A stretch of DNA of 61,739 nt, counting the filler, from Chiloscyllium plagiosum (lineage: Eukaryota): NCBI RefSeq assembly GCF_004010195.1. It is 3 parts of one record of this genome, joined end to end, with 100 filler letters (N's around TTAATTAATTAA, not from the genome) between each part and the next. Parts side by side here need not be neighbours in the genome. Positions count along the whole stretch, not along the records: positions 1 to 31,903 come from NC_057714.1; 2 more parts are not named here. The stretch is one strand, 5' to 3'. This document shows, piece after piece, positions 10,815 to 21,616 of the stretch. A program made the translations under genes and the position numbers. Under the pieces are notes generated by a model that saw only the letters and a list, made by a program, of their open reading frames with translations, searched no databases and was not told the origin of the DNA. Position 1 is the stretch's first letter. Each line of letters begins with the position of its first letter.

Positions 10815-12963
10815 CAAAGTAGGAATTTATAAAATGCCATATTGACTGACTGTCTACAGATTGTGTGCTTTTTGAGCAAAATAGAATGTATCCACAAATG
10901 CAAATTCACCCCAAAGATGTATGTGTGTACGCGCGAGTGTGTATGTGGGTGTGGGAGAGAGACAGAGCGCACATGTGTGAGAGAGAGAGAGAGAGAGTGT
11001 GGGGGTGTGTGTGCTCTTGAGAGAGTGTGTGCGCTTGAGAGGGAGAGAGTGTGTGAGTGTGAAGGAGTATGTGTGTGCGAGAGTGAGCATGTGAGTTTTT
11101 GCAACAGTGTGCGCTTGACAGAGAGTGTGCACGAGACGAGGGAGTATATGCCTGTAAGAGAGATGAGTGTAAGCATATATATATGACAGAGGGTCTGCGA
11201 CAGTGTGTGTCCATGTGTACAAGTGTGTGTGTTTCCACGTGTACGAGTGTGTGGTGGCTCATCTATAGTGTGACATAAACCCAAAATTCTGATTGAGGCT
11301 GACCTCATGGGTACTGAACATGGCCATCAGCTTTTCTTCAGGACACGCAATGATGTAGAGTTGCCGAGGTCCGCCTCAGAGGACATTTATCCAAAGATCC
11401 GAGGCTGAATGCCCTTGACTCCAAAAATGTTTCTCCACTGGGAGGGAATGTCCCTGTCTGATGATTGTTGCGCGGTGCTCATTCATCCATTGTCATAGTG
11501 TCTGCTTGATTTCGCCAATATACCATGCCTCAGGACATCCTTACCTGCACTGCATGAGGTAGACAACATTGACTGAGTCACATGAGTACCTGCTATGCAT
11601 GTGGTGGGTGTTGTCACTACATGTAATGGTGGTATCCATGTCTATGCTTTGACATGTCTTGCAGTGGTTGTATGGTGTTGTGATCGATGCTGTCCTGAAG
11701 GCTGGGTAGTTTGCTGCAAACAATATAGTTTGTTTAAGGTTTGGTGGTTGTTTGAAGGTGAGAAGGGAAGATCTTGGGGAGGTGCTCATTGTCATCGATC
11801 ATGTGTTCCAGGCTGAGAAGAACATGGTGTAGTCCATCGGCTCCCAGAAAGTACTGGACAACGAAGGGTAACCTATCGATCATATCCGGTGTCTGTCTTC
11901 TGAGGAGGTCATTACAGTTTTTTGCTGCGGCATGTCAGAATTGGCAGTTGATGAGCTGAGCATTGTATCCCGTCATTATGAAGACACCCCTCAAATACCT
12001 TCAGGTGTTCGAGGTGCTGCCCCTCATCCGAGCAGATCCTATGTGTACGTAGAGCTTGTCTGTAGGGGATGGCTGTTTCAATATGTTTAGGGTGGATACT
12101 CAAAGTGCAGCATCGTAACGTTATCCGCGGGCTTGTGGTAGAGTGAAGTCCTGAGTATTTGTTCTTGATGAAGATGTGTGTGTCCAAGAATTAGACTGAT
12201 TCTAAACAGTAGCCTATGATAAGTTTGATGGTGGCTTGAAACGTATTGATATCACTATGTAGTTGTTTCAGTGATTCCTTGCCATGAGTCCAAAGGAAGA
12301 AAACTTTGTCAATTATATAAAGCATTGATTGGAGGTTCTATGCAGCAAAAACAAAATCTAGTTTGAACTCGTGAATGAAAATGTTGGCATACTGGGGTGC
12401 AGATTTGGTCTCCATGGCTGTTCCACATGTCTGGATAAAGAATTGGTTGTTGAAGGTGAAGACATGGTGGTCGAGGATGAAGTGGATGAGTTGTAGGGTG
12501 GTGCCCAATAATTGGCAGTTGGTGTTTTGAGTACTGAGGCTGTTGCAGCAGTGCTGTCATCGTGGGGGATGCTGGTGTGGAGTGCCGAAAATGTCCATTA
12601 CGACGAGAAATGTTCCTGGTTTGACTGGTCAGTGGGTGCTGAGTTTTTGTAGGAAATCTGTAGTGTCGTGACAGAAGCTGAGGGTTCCCTGGAAATTGGG
12701 TTTCAAGATGCACTCGACATAGCCAGAGAGGTTCTTACACATGGTCCCATTGCCTGATAAGATAGAACGTCAAAGTGTGTTGGCTTTCTGTATCTTCGGA
12801 AGGCAGTGCAATTTTTCCTACGCAAGAAGTACGTGGGATGAGAGAGTGCATATGGTACTCTGAAAGACTGGATCAAAACTCTCGATCAGTCTGTTGAGTT
12901 CACGGGTATGTTCTACAGTCGGATTGGCAGGTAGTTGCCTACAGTGTTCCAGGTTGTTCAGTT
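10815..12963 (-). mobile_element. PLE family B (Neptune-like) with decayed RT and GIY-YIG endonuclease
   Basis: RT: FTFNNQFFIQTCGTAMETKSAPQYANIF and a degenerate YIDD-type motif (YIIDKVFFLW). EN: CDSVNVVYLMQC...AWYIGEIKQTL*QWMNEHR. 10815-10905 matches 29195-29295. Confidence 0.9.
10918..11255. repeat. Compound (GT/GA)n microsatellite inside the PLE 3' region
   Basis: Degenerate gtgt/gaga dinucleotide tract. Confidence 0.9.
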
Positions 12964-13700
12964 TCAGAATACTTATTTGCAGGAGTCTATTCTATTTTGT
13001 GTGATCATGGCTCACACCTGAGGTACATCATCTGACCAGAGGTATCACCTTTTTTCTGGTGAAGCCTGGAGTTGTCTTGGGGCAGTGCCTTAAGAAGGGT
13101 TCTGGGATTTGTACATTGATCGGTTGGGGCCTGCACCTCCATTCTGGCCGATTGGAGATTTGGTGGCCATCTGGATTGTTGAGGGTGGAGTGGGGGCTCC
13201 GGAAGTTTGCAGTTTCAGGTGAGCCTGTTGGACTGTAGCCCAGTGTCATGTTGAGAAAATCTATAGCCTTAAAACTTGTATTTAAAAATTTAGACTAAAA
13301 TGTAATGCTGAATTATAGAACACATTTATTGCACTAGAAAATAGACAGGCAGGAAGACTCACAAAAAGGGGAGAACTTAAGGAATGCAAAAGATAGGGAC
13401 ACCGTGCTCACCATGTGATAACAGGATGCTGTAAGACAATTAAGAACATTTGCCTTAGCATCGGTGAATCTGTGTGAACAGGACACCAAGTGATAACATT
13501 CACAGCCGTTCCCTTGTGAAATTAATGACAGAGTTTGATTCTGACCCTGAAACGAAACTCAGTACTATCAAAAATTTTGTAATTAACAGTTAGATGCTGC
13601 CAATTATAATGGATTCTTATTACCCCTTGCAAGCGGGACAGTCACAGAGAAAAAAATCTTTGCTGTTACAAAACCCTGACTTGAGAGTTCAAAAGGACAC

Positions 13701-13732
13701 GAGAGAGAGAGAGAGCGCGAGAGAGAGAGAGA
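13701..13732. repeat. (GA)n microsatellite
   Basis: gagagagagagagagcgcgagagagagagaga. Confidence 0.95.
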
Positions 13733-14864
13733 CCATTTTAATGCTGAGGCTGTTGAAGCCAGTAGAAAATTAATTAATTGCACTTTGGGACTTTACGAAG
13801 ATATTGAGTAGCCATTACCAGTTATTAAATACAAACTCTGTAAAAGATAATATTGAAGAAGCCTTAACTTAGTTGCTGTTCTTGCAGACCACTCAACAGA
13901 CCTTACAGGCTGCCCCACTGTCAATTCTAACTAATCAGATCTTATGTCTTATTTGAATCACAAACTTGAAAAGAAGGCATGTTTAATTTGAGAGTAATTA
14001 ATCATTTTAAATACAACCTTGCAGTAACATTTCAGCCTCAGGTACAGAATGATTCTGTGCTTAAGATAAAAATGCAGGAATCAGCTCCCTGCTTAAAATT
14101 ATTCTAAACCTAACATTGAAGAAATTTTGACACAATCTGTCGGGAAGCCATTTTATGGTCAAAAGTTTGCCCTCCTTGCTAAGGAGCCATTTTGTAAAAC
14201 AACAATATCTGACATGCGAGCTGTGCAAGGTTACCTTATGACATCTCCCACTTAATTTAGACTGGTACTTCTTTACAGGAACTTATCTCACCAGCAAATG
14301 CCTAACTCAGCTGGATTGTTTTTTTCCATCTGATTGATCACTCCTACAGGCCTTGAGCTATCCGTCAAGCGCACACAGATCTGTCAATTAACTTGACTTC
14401 TTTACAGTGAAAGACAATAATTCATAATGTCTAATTAAGAACATGCAATGTTTTTGTAAACTTTTGTAAAAAGGAAGCCACTTTGTATCAGTACATTGGA
14501 GTAACCTGCTGGGGCACTTGAAGAGCTGGTACCCTACGCTCCTAGGTTATTAGAACCTAATTAGTCTAGCTTTATAGGCATCAGTGTTATGTTGTAACAG
14601 TGATGCTATTAGTGAATAAAGGGGATGACTAAAATTAAACTAATCTGTCGGTAAGAGGTTTTCATTCCAGACTTCCAAAGAGTATGCTCTCTGGTTTGAA
14701 CCAAGAGAGAGGCTTTATAAATCTGAGTCCACAAGGGATTCCCTGGGCTGTCTCAAATCTCCACTTTAACAATGTAATTTTTGACATGATAACAGGTCGT
14801 TTCACCCAGAATCCTCCTTGGTTGCTTCTCACCCAGCATCTTCTGTTCAAAATTTGAAAGTTAG

Positions 14865-16335
14865 GCAGAGAAACGGCAGATTGAGTTTAATCCAGACAAG
14901 TGCGAAGTGATGTATTTTGGGAGGTCAAATGCAAGACGAAAGTATGCAGTAAATGGAATGACCTTTAAGTGCATTGATATACAGAGTGATATTGGAATCC
15001 AAGTCCATAGCTCACTATAAGTGACAACACCTGTAGATTAAATGGTAAAGAAAGCATAAGACAAGCTTGCCTTCATCAGGCAGGTACTGAGTATAAATGT
15101 TGGCAAGTCATGTTACAGCAGTATGAAACTTTAGTTAGGCCACTTTTGGAATATCGTGTGTAGTTCTGATTACCACAGATTGGGAAGAAAGTGTGGAGGC
15201 TGTGGACTGGGTGAAATCCTGGATATTGCCTGTATTGGAGCATGTTATCTATTAAGAGAGTTTAGATAAACTCAGGCTTTTTTTTGCTAGAGAGTCAGAC
15301 ACTGAGGGGGTGTCTATATAGAAGTATATAAAATTATGAGAGGTGTGGTTAGTGTGGATAGATGAAATCTTTTTCCCAATGTGAAAATGTCAAGTACTAG
15401 GGGCATAGGTTTAAATTGAGAGGGGAAAGTTTAAAGGAGATATGCAAGAAAAGTTGTTAGTAGATGTCTGAAACACGCTGCCAGGGGAAGTAATACAAGC
15501 AAATTTCAAGAAGCATTTAGACAGACACAAGAACAGACTCAAAACAGAGGGATGGTGGACTGTGTGCAAATAGATGGGATTAGTTTAGAATGGCATTATG
15601 GTTGGCTTTGGTACAAACAGTGGCAGGACTTGGGTAGTGTTGTAGAACAGAAGGAACTAGGAGTCCAGGTATATAATTCTTTGAAATTTGTGTCACATAT
15701 AGATAGGGGAGTTAAAAAGGCATTCAGCACACTTGCCTTCATTGCTCAGTCCTTTGAGTATAGAAGTTAAAAAGTCTTGCAATTGTACAGGGCATTGGTG
15801 AGGCCTTTTTTGGAGTCCCGTGTCCAGTCCTGGTCACCTTGTTATAGGAAGGATGTTAAGCTAGAGAGGGTTCAGAAGAGATTTACTAGAATGTTGCCAG
15901 GTATGGGAGGTTTGACTAATAAAGAAAGATTGGATAGGCTGGGACTTTCTCACTGGAGTGTAGGAGGTGGAGAGGTGGTTTTACAAAGGTTTGTAAAATC
16001 GTGAGGGATATAGATAGAGTTAATGGTAGGTGTCCTTTCCCTAAGATGGGGATTTTAAGACCAGGTGGCATATTTTCAAGGTGAGAGGCGAAAGATTTAA
16101 AAAGCCACGAGGGGCAAATGTTTTATGCAGAGGGTGGCTCATGTTTGGAATGTAGTAGTGGATGTAGGCACAGTTACAATGCTAAACATGTATTTGGATA
16201 AATACATGAATAGAAAAGGTTTGGCGGGATATGGCCAGGAATAGGTAGGCAGGTGGGGGTAGTTTAGTTTGAGATTATGTTCGGCATGGACCGGTTGGAC
16301 TGAAGGGTCTGTTTCTGTGCTGTGTGACTCTATGA
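14865..16335 (+). mobile_element. Two consecutive CR1 3' fragments (junction ~15612)
   Basis: The same ORF2 C-terminal region occurs twice (LYRALVRP.LE..VQ.WSP...LERVQKRFTRMLPG). The second ends gtttctgtgctgtgtgactctatga. Confidence 0.85.
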
Positions 16336-18239
16336 TACATATGCATATAATAAATGCTCACATTCCTCGAAACAATATGCAAAACAAAAACTCTTGAAAA
16401 TTAGCATGACACTAGATGCCAGCAATAACAAAAGCATAAAGCAGCATAATAAAATTCAATATATAATTCAACTTTTAAAATTATAGATTAATTTTAAAAG
16501 TTGACAAGAAAATGTGTTTTTAAAGAACTTTGTCCCTCCCACATACACACTCAGAAGCCCAATTTCTAACTCCTCCACTTACCCCGCCTCCTGCAGCCAC
16601 CACATACACACCTTGATGACTGCTAAGATTCGTACTCCACTATTTCTGATACCATCCTATTTAGACTCTGGCTGCACTAGTCCTGCCTCCAAAAACATGG
16701 GATCTGCACATTGTAATATATTTACTAAAAGCAAAAAATGCTGGAGTTCACAATGGGTGAAGCAAGCTATGTTTTCGACTCAGGCTACTATCCACCGCTA
16801 ACCTGCTGAATTCCACTGAGACGCAGGGTGTCCCACCATTTTACCAGGACTCAAATCATTTTGTTCCACTGGACACCCCTACCCCACCCTGACTGCCAAG
16901 ACCAATAACTCCACCAAGTTGACGGGAACACAGCATAACCACATGATGAAATAAGTGGTGGTTCCCCTGAGCCGTCTTCTGACCTTATTAGTTAGAGAAC
17001 ATTTTTGGGCTTCGAGACTCTCATTTCCTACCTCTGAAAGCAATGGCACAGCTGTGGGGAGGCAGAAGTTGAAAAAGGAGGAATTTTATCCAAAAATTTG
17101 TATTCTATCAAATGGGGGAAATTCATCGTGTCCAGATAAAATATACAAGCACTCATTTTACATCTTTTATGTCAGAAAACAGTAACATTACAAAATATTA
17201 TAATGTCAGATGAATGACATTGGATTAAACTGTGCCTGTCAGACATGATATTAATTCCAATCAAACATGGTGTGAGTTATGAGATTCATCCAAGTTAGTA
17301 AAGCATCAACCTACACTATTAATATTACAAATGTTTCAGTTTTCAATTTACAAATACTAGGGTTGAACTGGGTTATCAATGCTTCTTTTGGATTTAATCT
17401 ACAAATGTAACTGATTTTTTAAAAAAAAAAATCGAGCATGATCACCTCCTGTCACTTACACATGCCTCCACACAAAAAATATTGAGCTTACTTCAAGCAG
17501 AGCAAGAGTTTCCTAATCTTAAAAACAGAGGCAATAATTCCAGATGGGTTCCCGCTGTCACTATGCAAATGTATATTGATTTGTGGGTTATATGAGGGTC
17601 ATGGCAGTCACTCTGGAACTGACAGTACATGTGTCATAAGTTGTCAATAAATTTTAGAGGCCAATCAAAAGGCTTTAAGGATGCAATATAATCAAACCAA
17701 TAATTGTAGTTAAGCTTTCTAAACACTAATACTTAGGCGCTGAATATTCCAGGCTGGAGAGTTGACACAAAGAAGTTACTCCTCATGGTGGATTTCATTT
17801 GATACCTCCAAAGAATGAGGTTGTGTGGAGTGGGCTGGTTGTACTTTTTATCTTGTCTGGAAAGTTCCTTCCCTTGTACCCTTGAGAGAGATAGTGGAAC
17901 CTGCACCAGTGAAACTTAGCTTAATTATTTTTTACTCCTTCACTTGTCTGTGCCACTAGTTAAGCTACACATACATAGTCTTGAATGAACCCCACCTATG
18001 TTCAATGCAAACTAATTTTGCAAAGGGGAGCTTCAACCTGGCATAAGGCTGGCACAATAAGTGTATACACTGTTCGCTATATTGGATGTTTAGAGTCACA
18101 TTTTACATAACCTGAATACAGCACTGTTAATATGATAGATATTTACAATATTTTAGGTAGAACAGAGTAACAAAACTGCAAAGCAGCAAGGTGAAAGTAA
18201 TGGAGAATTTCTCCTGTCAGGTTGGTTCACTAGCAGCAT

Positions 18240-18605
18240 CTCACTCACCAATCCAAACTTGAGCTCAATCTAAAATGACACATTAGCACAATATTGGAGC
18301 AATGAACTGCATTGTCATTGGTGTCATATGTTGGACGAGACCTTAAACTGCAGAACTGTCTTTCCATTCAGATGGATATAAAAAAAGTCAATTTTTATCT
18401 AGTGTTCTGGAAGAGATTCCACCTTCAAAACGGCACCAGAGAGAGATTAACTGATTGTTTAATTCAGTGAATTATTGCTGTGCACAGATTGATTAGCATG
18501 ATTGCCTACAAAGCAATATTTATGATACTTCAAAACTAATTCAGTAGCAGTCAAGCTTTTTGGTACAACTGAAAGATATGAAGGTATGTAAACAAATAGA
18601 ATTCA
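18240..18605 (+). mobile_element. Degenerate Deu-domain SINE (SacSINE1-like)
   Basis: Recognisable blocks: ctgcattgtc..ggtgtc..ggacgagaccttaaact..cagatggatataaaa..ttgctgtgcacagattg..cttcaaaactaattca. Confidence 0.55.
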
Positions 18606-18711
18606 CTATTATCTCTCAGGGAATAAAGTTTTACAACATACAGTCAGATTGATTTCTGATTTGGGCAAAATCATCATCATAAAAGTTGCAAGTTACCTCA
18701 AACAGGGTTCA

Positions 18712-18812
18712 GTCTAGATTAGAGTAGTGCTGGAAAAGCACAGCAGGTCAGGCAGCATCCGAGGAGCAGGAAAACAGGAAAATCGAAGTTTTGGGCAAAA
18801 GCCCTTGATCAG
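18712..18812 (-). mobile_element. 101-bp PLE family A' insertion with 12-bp TSD and decayed hammerhead
   Basis: TSD aaacagg(g/c)ttca at 18700-18711 and 18813-18824. The insert begins at ctgatcaagggcttttgcccaaaac. Confidence 0.85.
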
Positions 18813-19377
18813 AAACAGGCTTCAACTGAGCTGCGGGTAAGTTGGAACCATTCACTAGCTGGATGCCAAACACACAGCCAAGAAGTCCAAAGTAGAAAAT
18901 TAGCAGGAGTATAAGAATTTAAGTGTATATCTTTTAAAAGATTGCTTCTCTATTATAATACAAAGTAAAAATTTGCTGTAAGGTAATTTGAGAACAAGGG
19001 AAGATAAGAAGAATTTAGATGCATTTTAAATGTCTCTGGATTCGTGCACGGTAAGAAAACTCTTTATAATTATGAACAAATACGGTTTAAGAAAATGTCA
19101 ACATAAATGAATCACTTTGAAAATACTACAATATAATTGTGAATTGGGTGCTACATAGGTCCTTAAAACATTAAAAATGGCTCCTGCCCCATATACACAT
19201 ACTTTAATCCAAACTGCACTGGTTGTCATTCCAGCAAGGGGATCATTAAGTGCCTAATGTCCACTAGCAGCATACAGAGCAGGAAGATCATGTTGTCAAT
19301 CAATATGCAATGCATGTTATCAATGTAGACCTAACCACTCCAGCTTTTCCAAACTTTTACAATATTTCATACTCTAC

Positions 19378-20142
19378 AGGGAATATTGCTCCACAGTTAT
19401 GTTGGAGCTGGCCACCAGTTACCTCTGGAAAAATAGATACCAAGTTTGAAGCAAAAACCTGCAACAAATTAGTGCAAAACTGGTCTACTTTCCTGTCTGG
19501 TTGGTTTGTTTTAAAAAAAATGGCAGATGCATAAACCAGTTACTTTCAGGTAGGGTGACCAAGTAGAGCATTGTGAACAACTGCAAGAATGAACAAATAC
19601 CTTATAGAGCAGGATAAACTGCTTGAAGAATAAGCAGGGGTTTAAAAAAAAGATTTTAGTAGCATACAATATCCATAGTGGGCCTTAAGGGGGTAAGTCA
19701 GTTTGAAAATAGATTTCATGAGTCCTGTGATACTTTAGAAGGCTGTTTTCACATTAGTTTTCAGAAGCACGAGTGCAACAGTCTGAGCTCCAACTGCAGC
19801 ACTCAGACATTGGGTGGAAGGGGCTTGAATTGAAATGGAGGCTGAGGCATTGAACATCAGATGCTGCATCATAATTAGTGCCACAGCAATGTTCCTCCTA
19901 AGCTGCTTAAGCATACCATACATAGCAATCGACATTAACATGTTAATCGCAGCATTCATTTCAAGTTCTGGAAGATGTTGCCATGCATGAGCCTCAGAGG
20001 CTTGCACAGCCAAAAACAACATTAGAGGGAATATTGCTCCACAGTTATGTTGGAGCTGGCCACCAGTTACCTCTGGAAAAATAGATACCAAGTTTGAAGC
20101 AAAAACCTGCAACAAATTAGTGCAAAACTGGTCTACTTTCCT
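19378..20142 (+). repeat. Exact 117-bp direct repeat (19378-19494 = 20026-20142)
   Basis: Identical by direct comparison, offset 648 bp. Confidence 0.95.
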
Positions 20143-21404
20143 CGACACTGAAAGCAGCTTTTTGGTTTGACTTTGTACATACCAAGCATTTGGAGGTATA
20201 CTCCCAATCATTGCTCATGGCTTTTGGGGCAAAAAGCCTCCAAATTGTGTTGGGAGTGATGGTCTTTCAAATAGAACAACTAGACAGCTCATGTAAAAGA
20301 CAGGATGCAGATTTCACCTCCATGTTATCTTTAAATTTTGTTGCACCAATGAAATTAAATTGTGTGTTTTCATCTTCATTGTCTTCTTATTGGTAGGGGA
20401 GTGACGGAGATGTGATGAATTAAGATAATGGTGCAGATGATAGGAAATGGTATTTGAAACCACTAATTTTGACTACTGATGAGAGATAGGTTTCTTCTAG
20501 TATTGCATCAAAGTCTTTGGGGTCGTACTCCTAACATGGAGTTTTGTAGAAATCAGTTCCTACAGTTTCTAAATCCTAAGCCCGGAGATCCTCCCAAAGA
20601 AGAAAAAGGGCATTCATCCTCATTTTTAATTCTGTTCTTCTACCAAGATTTCCAGCACCGTACTGAAAAGGTGGGAGCCTGCTTGCTCCCACAGTCGTCC
20701 ATTCTTCACTATTTTCCTAGGACAGGTTCATTTGTAGTTATTTTTAAATCAATCTATTTCGACATGTTATGATATATCTCTGGCATAGTGTCCTTATATC
20801 AAGTCCAACCTATGAATGCACCACAATAGCTCTCAGACTTATTTGTAGAATGACACCAAACATCTGCTTCAATCACAATGCACTACCCCTTTAAAAGGTG
20901 CAAGTTAGTTTTTAGTACTGATATTTGGTCCACTAATAAACAGCTCATGAAGCATTGGCTGTACGCAAAAATCATTACGATGAGCTGGCAGCACAAATTG
21001 ATAAAGGAAACTAACTGATGATGGTGACTCAGCAGAATGTTTTTCATAGTCAGTTTCTCAGTAGTGCATCAGAACTGACAATTCCTATCCCATCATTTTG
21101 TGCTACTGCATTTTACTTGTTTTCCCTACACTCCAAGGTATTGCAATCAAGATTCCTGCTCTATTAGAATCTTTTCCACAACTTCAAAACTGTAGAACTC
21201 CTAAATCCCGCTGAGTTTGGCTTCATCCACGTTCAACTAATGTTTGCATCTTTGGTGTTCTATACTCTGAGGTTTAGCCCTACATTTAGGTTTCTCTAAG
21301 AAACAGGAACATGGTCTGCATTTCTAAGGAAGCAATCTGAACTTTGTGAAAATTAAAAAAAAAAGGGATTTCAGCAGCATGTAAAATTAAATTTTCTGAA
21401 GTCT

Positions 21405-21510
21405 GAGTTTTGAAGAAGGTCACTGGACTCAAAATGTTAATTCTGTTTTTTCTCCACAGATGCTGCCAGACCTGCTGAGTTTCTCTAGCAATTTCTGCTT
21501 TTGTTTTAGC
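21405..21510 (+). mobile_element. Old PLE pLTR fragment with decayed hammerhead
   Basis: ttgaagaaggtcactggactcaaaatgttaattctg...gatgctgccagacctgctgagtttctctagca. Confidence 0.55.
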
Positions 21511-21616
21511 AACACATGGTAGCAGTGTTTCATCTCAAAAGACAATGTTTTGAAACTTTGATTGTAAAGACCATCTCCAACTTATGAGGGTTTTTAATCT
21601 GTAAATCAATAAACTT

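Larger units (their letters stand above)
10556..13260. repeat. Old palindromic (MITE-like) element with 170-bp G.U-rich inverted arms, split by a 2.1-kb PLE
   Basis: Arms 10600-10769 and 13011-13180 align without gaps as reverse complements. The outer ends share attttct.(g/a)acatgac. Confidence 0.7.

Noticed and set aside
10814..11308. Four overlapping 114-164 aa His/Thr- or Cys/Val-rich ORFs
   Set aside because: Translations of the GT/GA microsatellite.
19735..20211. 158-aa minus-strand ORF
   Set aside because: No recognisable domain or splice context; probably a chance ORF.
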